Shown: one piece after another, positions 25,923-37,836 of the stretch
How the letters are laid out: each line of letters begins with the position of its first letter
How positions within the stretch are numbered: the first letter of the stretch is position 1
Assembly: GCA_015680685.1 (NCBI GenBank)
Contig: MNCI01001762.1
Coordinates: 1 to 64,000 of the forward strand
Source: Gnetum montanum
Lineage: Eukaryota; Plantae; Gnetophyta
Direction of reading: 5' to 3'
DNA length: 64,000 bases
The notes under the pieces: generated by a model
Told to the model about the DNA's origin: nothing
Databases searched by the model: none
Seen by the model: only the letters and a program-made list of their open reading frames with translations
Position numbers and translations under genes: made by a program

Positions 25923-28075
25923 CTACAAAATAACTAGAAAGAACGTCAAGCCGCACCTATCTTAATAGGGTCAAAATGCAAAACATGAGGAAAGAAATGC
26001 AATTAATAATTGCCTAATCATGCAAAAGTGGACATTAGAAAGATGAGCGTGCAAGCCAATTTTGGGCCTCGGGAGCTCATGGATTGCCAATTTAAGATCT
26101 TAGTGGACCGTGATTTTCCAGTTTAAGGTCTTAGCAGATCATGATTCGTGCAAGGTGCATTAGTTCAAGCCAAGAAAAGAGTGTCTAGATCATGGCATTG
26201 GGCTAGGTGTTCGCTAGGCAACCAAAAAAATCTCAAAAAGTTTTTGAGTTTGGGATTGTTAGAAAAAGGTCAAAAATTTTTCTAACTCTAGCTACTATGC
26301 TCACCTCCTCTTACTATGCTCCACAAGAAACTAGGGAAAATTTACCTAAGTGTGGGAGCATTGGTGTAGTAGGTAGCACATTTAATTACCCTGGGAGGGT
26401 ATATATGCACAATTTACCAAGGGTAAACTGTCATTTTTAAAGTGTAAATGAGGAGTTACAAAGCATAGCACAGTTTGAAGTGACAACCAGAGTGTAACAA
26501 GTGGAGTGTAGCATCCAGAGCATAGCACCAGTATGATGCACTGCAATGACTATTAACACCCTAGACTTGCCAATGTGGAAGAGGGAAGGCGAGCCCTAGA
26601 ACACCTGCCACAAGTGCAGGTGGAGGAGAGGAGAGCACCACTGACTACCATATACATTCACTATTCTTGTCCCTTTTTATACCATTTTTCTTCACATTTT
26701 GTCTTTGCTTTCTTGTGTTGGGGTTTGGGTCATGTGGTGGCTTACCTTGGAAGCCACCCTGGCTGCCTTGGCAACCATGGACAAGAGGAGAAAACACACA
26801 CATAGATTGTGGGTCTCTATTGATACATCATTTTTGTAATTGTCTTCATTGATTATCTGCAGTGAGTAGGACAAGGAGCAATGCATGGGTTATGATGAAT
26901 TTTGGTATCTTTGAGGGACGTGGGGTACGAGGGTGAGGGAGATGAAAAAGAAATGAGGGTTTTGCCTTGGTAGTGGACTGGGATTTCTGTCTCTAGGGCC
27001 ACACTACATGAAAGACACAAAATGGGACAAAAAATGGTCATAGCCAGGGCATGTGTGGCCAAGGTTTCTTTGTCTCTTCCTCTTCTTTCTTTTATTTTGT
27101 CTTTATGTTGGTGCATGAGTGAGGTGATTGGCGGATTAGGGCAAGGATTATGACTAACATGGTTGTGGCTAGAGGATAGGGTTTTTCCTTTGCTTATTTT
27201 GTGATGCAGGAGCAATGCAGGGTGCATTGCAGGGACACATGGGAAGAAAGCCATAGGGTTGAGGGAAGGGATGATGGTGTAGCCATGGGGGAAATGGCCA
27301 TGATGAGGGGGTGAATGGGGCTAGCGAGATCACCTAGGCCACGACCATGGTGAGTACCCCAACACATGTTATTGTCACATTGTGGCATTGGATGATGTAG
27401 TGAAGGAGACGTGATGATGGGGGCTCAAGTGCTGGTAGCTACGCTCCCCAAGGATTGTAGCCAACACTTGTCTTGGATTCAAAGGGATGCTAGGCTCTCA
27501 ATAGTTAGAATTATTTTTGTGTCAATTTTTGGCTTGTTTTGGGACCATGCCCCCCATGGGAAGCATAGCTATGCTCCCTAGGGAGCGTAGTAGATAGTTA
27601 GATTCTTTTTGAATATCTTGCTACATCACCTAGAGTTAGAAAAAAATTTGAGAAAATTTGAAGAAGAAGCACAGAATTGGAATACCAAATGCACAAGATT
27701 CCAAGTGTAAAAATGCCAATGGTATGAATGCCTTATGTGAAACAAAATGTTAAATACACAAAAGCTATGCAAAAATACTAATTTTGCAAGTTGGACGTAT
27801 GAACGTTAGAACATGCAAACTGTGTTGGTGCAAACCATATGAATGTAAAGTAAAATGCTAATGCTACATTACTATTGTACCCTAATGAGTACTAGGCATG
27901 TCAAATATGTATCGGTGTCCTATGCCTACGGGGCCCCATGGGGGATCCTAAGGATATGTTTCTACGTTATGCTATTATAAGCTTGATTTTCTAATTTTTC
28001 TAAGTGAATATTTTACGCCAAAATGCAATCTATTGTGTGCTAATGCTACATTCATTTGTTGTTTTGCACTTACAG

Positions 28076-31000
28076 GGTGCTACTGAAACTTGTCTTAGTG
28101 CTTGTGGAGCTCATTGACATTTTGTCTTGCATTAACTAGCCCATGCCCAACACACCTGCACTTGACATGAAGTTGGACCATCAGGTGGTGTGGTTTTGGC
28201 CAGGAGTGGAGGCTACAAGCACCATCACCAAGACATTGTTGGCTAAGGCAAACTGGGACATATTACGATTCATGTCTGATCAGTCCATGAGTGGTGGTAA
28301 TCAAGCAGGTGGCTTGAGACTAGGCCCTAGGAGCATTCGTCCCTTAGCCAAAATCTGGAGCATGCCATACTTCTCTTGTTATAACAAGAGCAATACCCTT
28401 TTCATTGTCATGCATGTGCATACAGTCTTCCAAAACCCACCTAGGATTGTATATTATGTTGAAGGGTATGTACTATTGCTTTTCATTATATCTTACTCTC
28501 ATTAGCGATGCTAGATTTGCTAACTGTTGACTACAGATGTCCAATGCCAGATTTTAAGTTTATGATGAAGGACTCCATGATGAGATAGGGGCTCTTGCTT
28601 TGACCTGTACCATGGTAGAGATGTTTTCTTTTAGTTCAAGCTTTAGAGAGCCAGTTATTGAATAGGTGGGAGAGGACTTAGAGAACTACCCCACTCAGTA
28701 CTTGAAGGCATTCGAGTAGTGCCAGACCTATGATTGGCTTGACAAGGGATGGGCTAGTGGTAAGCCCATCTTCAGAGAGCTTGTTGTGCCACCACCTATG
28801 TCACACACATCATTTGCTCCATGTGAGTATTCATTTTGTTGGCTTGGCTCTTATTACTTATTCTCGTGCACACATTAATTGCATGGTGCTAATATTGCAT
28901 TTTCCTATGTTATATTTATCGTTACTTCAAGAGAGGTAATAGTGGTTACCACTGGCCATAATGAGGCCACCCTCATTATGAAGTATGGTGATGTGGAGAG
29001 GGCATAAGAGTGGTTGTGCTATCAGGCATTAAAGGCTCTAACTAGTTGGCTTATGCATGCTGGGTTGAAGGACCTTTTCTTGGCCCTTAGCCTAAGCACA
29101 CTAGTGGCCAAGATGGTGACCATTGTTGAATCCTTCAACTGTGATGCCTTCCACTTTGTTACTTGCATGCACAGAGTGAGGGTATTCTTGGACCTCAATG
29201 ATGCCTTCTTTGCTGACTTCTTTGGTCTTTCCTCTAAGGACTCATTAATCATTAACAAGCCCAACTGAGAGGTGGACCAAAGAGAAGAGATTGAGGAGTG
29301 GCTAGGGATCACTCACTCTTGTAAAGGCATCGTGGTTGGGAATGTGCATGTGCCTGAGGTTCGAAGGCTTTACCCTCTTTTTTGTGCTTGTGCATTTCCT
29401 AAGCTACTCTCCTAAGGGAAGGTCCTTGGAGTAAAGTAGGCGCAAGTGATGCAGGAGGTTATAGAGGATAGCACTAGGTTTAACTAGGCCTCCTCTATCG
29501 CTGCTAGGTTACAGGTAGAGATTATCAGGCTTTGCCACAACATCCATGCAAGATCTCACTTTCACTTCACATTCTTTGTACACTATTTGCGAAGGCTTAC
29601 AGAGTTCCTGGTGATCATGGATAATCGGTGTTGGATTATGCAAGATTGTGAGCAGTTTTCCAAGCCATGGATTAAGCATTTTTTCATCACCACTCGTGCA
29701 TAGGACCCTGTAGAGAGGATTGAGTCATATTTAGTTACAACAAATGCACATTTTGGGAGGCCATAGTCACCATATTCCTATGACAGTATAGGTGAGTGTC
29801 CACCAACGATTGTTTGGGATGCGAAGAGGGTGGAGTAGAGTATCATGGAGATAGTGGGACTTTCCAAGGAAAAGATTAAGAGGTTGTGTCCAATAGAGGA
29901 GACTCTCCCTATAGTTGGACAATCAGGTATCAAGAAAGTCTACCTCAAGATACCCACACTTTGTTTGATGGTTGCAGCTTAGTGCATATCATAGATGCAT
30001 TTGGCATATATATTTTATTAGCTTGGTTTATTATGCAAGGCTAATACTACTACACCATGTGAGTCAAGCAAAAGGGTTGTTGAGGAAGCAGCAGTAGTGA
30101 CAGCAGCTGCGACAGACATGATCCTTCCTTATGTTGAAGAGGAAATAGTTCATAGGGAGGAGCCACCATAGGCACCAGAGATCTCCCACTAGTTTGATGC
30201 AGAGGGGCTATTTCACCCTAAGGGTAACTTTACCAACCTCTTCGATGGTGTGTAGCTGTGAGATCCACTTTTGCTGATATTTGAGGACTTGCTTAGTGAG
30301 CACTTTATGTTATTTCCTTTTGCTCTTAAGCCTTTGACTACTCAATTATTGTTAAGTTTTGTGTTGTGTTTGTATTGTAGCTTAAGACCTTCCTAACAAT
30401 GATCCACCACCAATGCCTACCCACCACATGAAGCCATGGGTAGAGACACTAGATAGATTTTCCTTCATGGAAGGCATTGTGGAGAACATGGTGGATTGCA
30501 TACAGTAGGTGGATCTTGAGCTTAGTATGCATGTCATTTTTCTTGAACTGTTTTGCTGATTCTATGACTTAGTCTATTGCTAATATTGGTTTGTTCATTG
30601 TATGTCAATAGGCTCTAAGCTTTGTTGGGATCCAAATTGGCAGCTCATGTGGATGCCATTCCTAAGTATCCCCTCGAGGTGGAGCAAGTGCCTCATCATG
30701 TGTATGACACAATGAGCAAGTGGGCTCTATCCAGTGTGAAGGCATTGTAGACCTATAGGTGCTCGAATGAGCACCTATGAAAACATGTGCAAGAGCTCCA
30801 GGAGGCAATGGTGAGCTTGACCATGAAGAACGAGGACCTTCAATCCTGTTATGACTTCTTGTTAGCTTAGGCATAGAAGGATGGTACCTAGTGAACATCA
30901 GAGATAGATTATGTCAGGTATTGGTTGAAAATTCATGGTAAGAATGAGGCTACCCAAGAGATCGTCAAGCAAAGGTTGTGGATGGATTTGCTCTCTTGGA

Positions 31001-31643
31001 AGAATGAGGAGTGGAAGAGCTTTATTGCCAAGGTGTGAAAATGGGGGCATCCACAGAAGGACCATAAGAATCACTATAAGCAGGAGTGGGACACCTACTT
31101 GTAGTAGCTCAAGGAAGAGTCTATGAAGGCTCGTCACCTTGAGATGTTCATTGAGATGATTGGCAGGAGTCAAGCCTTTGAGCTGTTCACCCAATGTATA
31201 GTGGTTAGTGGTTCCCCAAAGTGAGAGATTACCCTGCCTTTAGGGGAGACTTATATGATCATCTTTTCTATTCAGCTACCTATGTGGATCATAGTGGATG
31301 AGGATAAAATCCTTATACACATTGACCTTGGCCATGAGGACTAGAGGAAATTATTAAAGATCAAGATCCTCTGATGCTTGGAGGAGGGCCTTGATAAATT
31401 GCCTCTAGAGTCCAATGTAGAACCCTCTCAAGTTAGTTTCACTTCTTCTTTATATGCTCTTTTATGTGTCAACTTTGCATGTTAATCTTGTATTATAGTT
31501 TTGCACTTGCTAATTAATTTATTTTTTTGCATTATTTTGAGATAGGCACCAGGCGATAGCTCAAGCCCTAGCAGAGTAGCAAGGGAGGAGGAGGAGGAAC
31601 CTCAACCCCCACCAAACACCACCAGCTGAGCCAACCTGATGTA
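28076..31643 (+). pseudogene. Antisense multi-exon accessory gene of element B (FCP1/NIF-like, PMD-like, coiled-coil, possible ACD), decayed
   Basis: Long single frames are broken mainly by deamination-type stops. T-rich intron-like gaps lie at ~28823-28931, 30296-30380, 30525-30611 and 31432-31545. Acceptor TTTTGCACTTACAG at 28075; AATAAA at ~31722. Confidence 0.7.
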
Positions 31644-31839
31644 GCCCTATTTTTGGACAATTTTTTACTTTGACCATTTTGTTTGCATGGTCATGCTATG
31701 TACTCTTGCTGATAGAGATATAATAAAATTTATGTTTTTTATTCTTGCGATGAGAATTGTATGTGAAACTTCATGTTATTTTGCTAACTTTTTAATGAAA
31801 ATAATGCAATAGTTGATGTGATTAGGCCCCTTGTGGATC

Positions 31840-32270
31840 CCTTGCTAGTTTAAGGCCATGGTAGAAGGGCCATTGCTAGTTTAATGCCATTTCAGACCAT
31901 GGCAACTGCTAGTTTAAGGTTATTTCAGGCCGCGAATAAAAGGAAATGGTTGCTAATTTTGGGCCATGGTGGACCACGATGTGCCTGTTTTAGGCCATGG
32001 CAGGCCATACGCTAATTTAGGGCCTTTTCAGGCCATGAAAATGCTAGACAGGTTGCCAGTTTAAGGCCATGGAAGGCCGTGTAGTGGAAGAAAGATGTTG
32101 CTAGTTTTAGGCCATGGCGGGCCATGCACTAGTTTAAGGCCTGTGTAGGTCATGGGCTAGTTTAATTTCTTTTCAGGCCAAGAATTAGTTTAAGGCCTTT
32201 TGGGCTACACATTAGTTTAAGGCCTTTTCAGGCCATGTGTTAGTTTAAGGCCTTTTTGGGCCACATGCCT
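31840..32270. repeat. Tandem array, core TGC(C/T)AGTTTAAGGCC(ATGG/TTTT), at the protease-proximal end of the intron
   Basis: More than ten degenerate units, e.g. TGCTAGTTTAAGGCCATGG and TTAGTTTAAGGCCTTTTCAGGCC, followed by a T-run at ~32272-32289. Confidence 0.9.
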
Positions 32271-32519
32271 CTTTTTTTTTTTTTTTTTTGCAATTTTAGT
32301 TTTATAAATTTTTATGTGTTTTTAATGTTCTATTAACGCATAAAAGACTAAATTAAAATGCATAAACAAAAGAGGTAAATGCATAACAAAGTGAATAATG
32401 TAAGATGCAAGTAACGATGCAGAGCATAACTATGCAAGAAAAAGGCTAATGATGCTAACAAAGCATGCAAAAAATTAAGGGCAAGCAAGTACTTAACACA
32501 TGTTATGCTAAGGGAGTAC

Positions 32520-35500
32520 CTTAGCCATGTAGTCACTTTCTAACTTGATGGGGGTTAGGGGTGCATAGGGCCTAGGTAGCACAAGGCGGTATTCACCTAT
32601 ACCTTCTTCATTGATGGTAAAGGGCAATTCTACCTATAAAGCCTCCTTGAGGAGAGTATCATCCTCCTTTGGCTTTTTAGATGGGTCTACCAGACAAGGT
32701 TGACTCTTGTCCTTCATGGGCAGCATATCATCAGGGAAATCTACCTCTGACCCTTGGTCTACATCAATGTTGTTGATGGTTAAAGGAACCAAGTTGCACC
32801 ATGTATGATCACTTCTCCACCTTTGTATGGAAGGTGGATCTCTTGATAAATGGATGAGGAGACAACCCACAATTGGGCTAGCCAAGGCCTCTCCAAAATT
32901 AGGTTGAATTCAAGCATCTCCTTGATGACAATGAATTCGGCTATGATGGGGAATCACTCCCCTACCACAAAGGCTATTGTGACTATTCCCTTCATGATAA
33001 CATGTGACCCATTAAAGGACTTGAGGCATGTTGTCTTTCTGGCTTGGATTTGGTTGGCTAGAATCGAGTTTGTCAATGATTAGGAATGGGATGACATTAG
33101 TCACTACCTCATTATCAACATGTACACTATGAATCTTGCATTGCCCTATGTGGATGGTTATAAACATCAGTGCAATGGTACCTTCACCCTTTTTAGGGTC
33201 TACCTTGATTACCTCATCACGAAATGCTAGAGGTGTTGGACCTCATTCTTGAGGTGAAGGAGGAAGCATCATATCATATATGGCTTGTTCATTTGCTAAG
33301 ATGTCCTCCTTGACAGGAATGGAGGTCAACATGTGAACTAGTGCTTCGTGATGCATGGAGGAGGTCATCACCAAGTTGTATAGGCTCAAGGTTGTATTTT
33401 TTTGTTTAAGAGCCTACTTAACTTGTGCCAATGCATCTAGAAAGTCCTTACCATCGTCAATTGTCTTGTTGGCCTTCATCTCCTCCATGTGGCTCAAAAG
33501 GTAGATCTCTTGGGGAGGAGATTTAGGCTTGTTTTGCTTTTCTTGCCTATGATCCTTAGTGCTCAGTTGTTGATCACTTATGTAGTAGCTTCAGTTGATG
33601 TGGCCATAGGAATAGCAGACAAGGGGATGGGCTTAGGTGGAGATAACACCATGAGTTTCCTCATCATTTGGTTGATGAGGTGCTTATTTGGCCTCTCAAG
33701 CTACCACCTCAACTACCTGGTGTTGTATGCGGGATGAGGCCTTGGGCTAGTAGGCCTTGTTGCAATGCCCACTAGTGAACCTGGAAAAGGATCTACACGT
33801 TGTGGCATCCTAATGATAAAGGGTGTCAAAGTTGTAGCCACCACAACTTATTATAGGGCCCTAACCACAAAGGGTGTCATGGGTGCCTAAGGTGGTGCTC
33901 TAATGAAAAAAGGGATCCTTGGACTAGTTGATGCTGAAGAATCCCCAATGTTGCCAGAGAGGCACATGAACCACAAATGGCTCTCATGCTAGTCCTACGT
34001 TGTCATCAATGTTGATGGCATTGATGATATAGCCTATGCCACTTACATTGAGAAGGTCTTTGTAGACCTTCATTAATTGATTTTCTAATCGAACTTGGTT
34101 GGTCGAATCAAGAACCAGTTGGCCTTGGTCAATTAGGTGTTGTATGTCATCCCGTAAGGCCATGTAGAAGTCCATGTCATGGCTAGGAAATTGATGATAA
34201 TGGCAGAACTGGTCCAACCTAAAGTGTTTTGGGACTAGAGGCTCATCTGGTGTGGCTACTAATTGGTTTCTAAGGAGCTCATAGTAGCAATCATGATACT
34301 TGCAAGCATCTTCAGACATTTTCTTGTACTAGATTCCCCTAGCACTAAGCACTTGACCCAATAGTTTCAATGGTTTGATGGGCAATGGTGTATACTTTGA
34401 GTGGTCCTTATGCTCAAAGTTTAGCCTTAGGGTAGCTTGCCCCATGTCCATCAATGATGTGGTTTGGTTGGTTGCCGCACTGCCAAAGCCGATTGCCTTG
34501 TTGTTGATCAAGGCCTTGGTTGCCTTGGCAATTGGTATGGAATTGCTCATCTTGACCTCATTAGATACTACTACAATGGTTGTTGTTGCCTTGCCCTTCT
34601 TCTTATCTTTCTTCACATGTGCATTCTTCTAGGCCACATAAGTTGGATCCTTACTAGCTTCTGCCACATCCTAAATGCTCTTCGTTTGAGCAAATGCTTG
34701 CCTCAAGGAGTGTAGTGCAAGATAGTACAATTTCGACTTAATAAAGTCATTTACTACACCTTTGAAAATGGCTAGTAAGTGGATTTTCACGATAGGCTGC
34801 CAAATTTCATTAAGTGCAATGCTCCATCGTTGGATGAACTTTTGAATGAGCTCTAAGTGGCCCTGCTTGATCTACGTGAGTTGGTTTGGGGTTGGCTTAG
34901 GCTTCAAGCTATACTTGAAGTGAGTGAAAAATTGGCTAAGCAAATCCTCCAAAGAAGATGGAGGCCTTGGGAAGTGTGAAATACCAATATAGGATCTTGC
35001 TAGTTAAGGACATGGCAAACACACAAATGATCGCATGCGATCATGCTTGCAACAAAAGGCATTCGGATTGAAAGGTCACTAGATGGGAATGGGGGACTAC
35101 TTCACTATCATATTTGGTAAACTAGGGAAGTTGAACACCAAGAGGTAAGGTCAGCGATGGGACATCCCAGTAGAAGTCCATCACTTGGACTGTATTAAAA
35201 GAGGTGGCCTTAAGCCATTTAACCTCTTCAATGAGCATTTGAATAAGCTAGAATGCTTGATCTAGGCTTGGTGTAGGTGCAGCTAGCTACATTGGTTGTG
35301 TAGCCTATTGTGCTATTGGCATGGTCCATGGCCCTGTCGTAGGTTGTGCGACCACGTAGGATGCTTATTGAGTGTATTGCTATAGAGGTTATCATGCATG
35401 CTACTATTGCATATGTTGTGCATTGCGCATAGAGGTAGGACCCCACCATGTGGTTGTGGGTTGGGCTATCGTAGGGGACACCACAGAGATAGGTGGGACA

Positions 35501-36230
35501 TACAACACTTGTCCCACATGTGGCTAGGATGTTGGCATCATGTGTACATAGGGCTGAGTTGGAATCATGGATGTCGACATAGAGGATTGTATCAACTATG
35601 CTAAAACCACAAAGGGTGAGATAATAGATGGTCCTACACCCTGATGTGTATGCACTTAATGGCTTCCCACAATGGGCATCAGTCTAAATGGTGACAGGGG
35701 AGATGTTGCTACCTCAAAAAAGGTAGATAACTAAGACTATGAAGGAGAGACATTAGAGGTGGATGGCAGGAAAGAGACATAAAAGGGATTCTCATTTTCT
35801 AGGTGAGCCTTAAATTCCTCTTGCCCATCTTGTAGTGGTTCCTCATAGTCAATTGCTGCATCATGCTCGTTCGACCCACTCAACTAGATGAGTTGGTCGA
35901 GCATCCACTAAAAGATCTCTGTGAGGGGGATTACATTATTAGGAGCAGGGAAGTACTCCCTTCAGTTCTGATGTATGAGCTTATAACCTCACTTTTCCTC
36001 CAACTCTTGGTAGTCTAAGAGAATTCCTACCTGGAGCTTCGCATAAAGAAAGTTGTATTTATCTTTGTCGAGCACCATGTGCTTAGGAGATTGGTTATGG
36101 AGCTTGAGGGATTGCCTTTCTACGAAGATGGACCCTTTGGATCCAGGGATGTTGACTGTGAGTTCTTACTAGATAGGTTGAACAACGATTGCACTTGAGG
36201 TAAAGGTTGAAGGCTCTTTGGGATTCATGC
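32520..36230 (-). pseudogene. gag-protease of element B (decayed)
   Basis: Gag core at ~35150-34750. Tat/Ogre-type knuckle FRLDQFCHYHQFPSHD..ALRDDIQHLIDQGQL (ORF 33984-34319). Protease ALMFITIHIGQCKIHSVHVDNEVVTNVIP at ~33180-33090. Confidence 0.8.
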
Positions 36231-36611
36231 TATTGTGGGAAGATGCAAAAGGTGCAACACTAGAAAAGAAACGGTTAAGTATAATGAGTGCTGAAAATGT
36301 CTAAGTATAGAAATGCCAAAACAATAACCAAGTATGAGAATGCTACTAGAAAAAGTGTCTAACTCTAGTGCTATGCTCCTATGCTGAAGGCAAGCTACGC
36401 TCTTTCTAGCACATGGAGTTTAGGACCCAAGTGTAGGGGATACACTTTTTCTTCTATCCTATAGGGTTCTAGGGGAACCGACAACTAGGACCAATCTACA
36501 CCAACCAAATTGTAGAAAACCACAAGGGTGTCATGTCTACACTAGTTTGAAGTTAGTAATAGAGGTGCAAAGAGCACATGGGAGTACCATTGAATGCAAA
36601 AAGAAACGGCA

Positions 36612-36630
36612 AGCCCTCCTTCTAGTGCCA
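36612..36630 (-). promoter_or_regulatory. Primer-binding site complementary to tRNA-Asn
   Basis: Minus strand TGGCACTAGAAGGAGGGCT matches the complement of the plant tRNA-Asn 3' end (...CCCTCCTTCTAGCG-CCA) with one G>A change. It lies 6 nt from the LTR end. Confidence 0.8.
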
Positions 36631-36636
36631 GCAAAC

Positions 36637-37836
36637 TGTAGTAACCAAAAACGTCGATGGCTAGAACATCGAGGGGTTCACAACTGCACAGCCTCAACCA
36701 TGCCTCCACGTAAGGGCCTTTACTGGGAAATGAAGGTAGAGTGCCATAGATGGTCTTGTTGATTGAATACAGACTTCATCAACTGCAATTGAGGTATTAG
36801 GTGCAATTGGGGGGTGGTGTGGTTAGCCAAAAATACGAGCATTGACAGTGTTCTTGGCAGTACCGTGACTAACTAGGCCTAAGAATAGCAAGGCCTCATG
36901 GCATGAGAATAGCAGTGCAAGTGTCTAAAAAACATGTAAAATAATGAAAAAAGTGCAAATACAGTGTTGAATGTCAAAGAAAATGCTTAAAATGCAATGG
37001 AGAAAATGCTTCAAATGCAAAGGATCTTGGAAGAAAGAAAGGATGATACCACCCCAGATGGGGAGCATAGCAATTACAAATGAGCTTTGCGGAGGTATGT
37101 GGTGGTATAGATAAGCACAATAGCAGCATAGCTAGAGTCTTTGGGGTATCTCGAGGTGAAGACTAACATCCACTACAAGGTTTGTGCTTGCTAGGTTGGC
37201 TATCATGGTGTCTTGCAGTGCTAAGTGGGATGCAAAGGGGTTGCCAACGTGTTGATATGCTCCAGTGTATAGGGTGCTCAATGTGCTTCAAGTTTCAAGT
37301 GGTGCTCTGAGATGCTAACTGCTCCTTGGATTTGCTAGCCAAATTCTTCAAATGCCTACTACTAGAATGAAATGCCCACCTCTAAAGTATGGAATGTGGA
37401 GGTATTTATAGGCTTAGGGTTAGCACGAAGTGTGGATTGAGTGCCACATGGCAAAGGGGTAGGTGGGGCTACGTTGACCTTTGCTATGTTCCTAGTGGAA
37501 CAACTGGTGCTATGCTTTGATGCATTCCACTGGATCTTGAGAGATTGCCAGATTGGCCACACTATTAAGACCGCATGTACTAAGATCACAATGTACCTTC
37601 AAATAGTGCAATTTGGAGGCTACACTCTAAGACTATGTTCTCCTCTCTTTCAAGTGGGATTAAGCATAGGTAAAATTTTGGGACATAGAGGGGGAGGTAC
37701 AAAAAGAGTGCGAGTTGTTGATCCTGCTTGCCAAAGAAGTGCTGGAGTTGGAATGAAGGCTTGTGCTGAGCTTTGAAAGCTTTTGAAGGTAGTTTCTTGT
37801 TTCTATGCTAGCTACACTCTGGAGCATAACACAACA
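36637..37836 (-). repeat. 5' LTR of element B (U3 end truncated)
   Basis: Colinear with 18708-19925, mostly transition differences. Homology stops at GAGCATAACACAACA (37836). Confidence 0.9.

Larger units (their letters stand above)
25923..32519 (-). other. Predicted ~6.6 kb GT-AG intron between protease and RT (Ogre-type position)
   Basis: Donor AAG|GTACTC (GT at 32519-32518) and acceptor TTCTAGTTATTTTGTAG|GAT (AG at 25924-25923). Both are phase 0, joining the frame of ORF 32634-32885 to the frame of ORF 25527-25919. Confidence 0.7.
18708..37836 (-). mobile_element. Near-complete Tat-lineage (Ogre/Retand-like domain order) LTR retrotransposon B, ~19 kb, 5' LTR truncated
   Basis: Direct repeats 18708-19925 and 36637-37836, tRNA-Asn PBS, gag, protease, a long intron, RT-RH-aRH-INT, tandem arrays and a PPT, all in minus-strand order. 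Confidence 0.9.

Noticed and set aside
29359-29416. Possible extra intron in the element B cargo gene
   Set aside because: The frame reads straight through into the conserved N(W)A motif, so no intron is needed.
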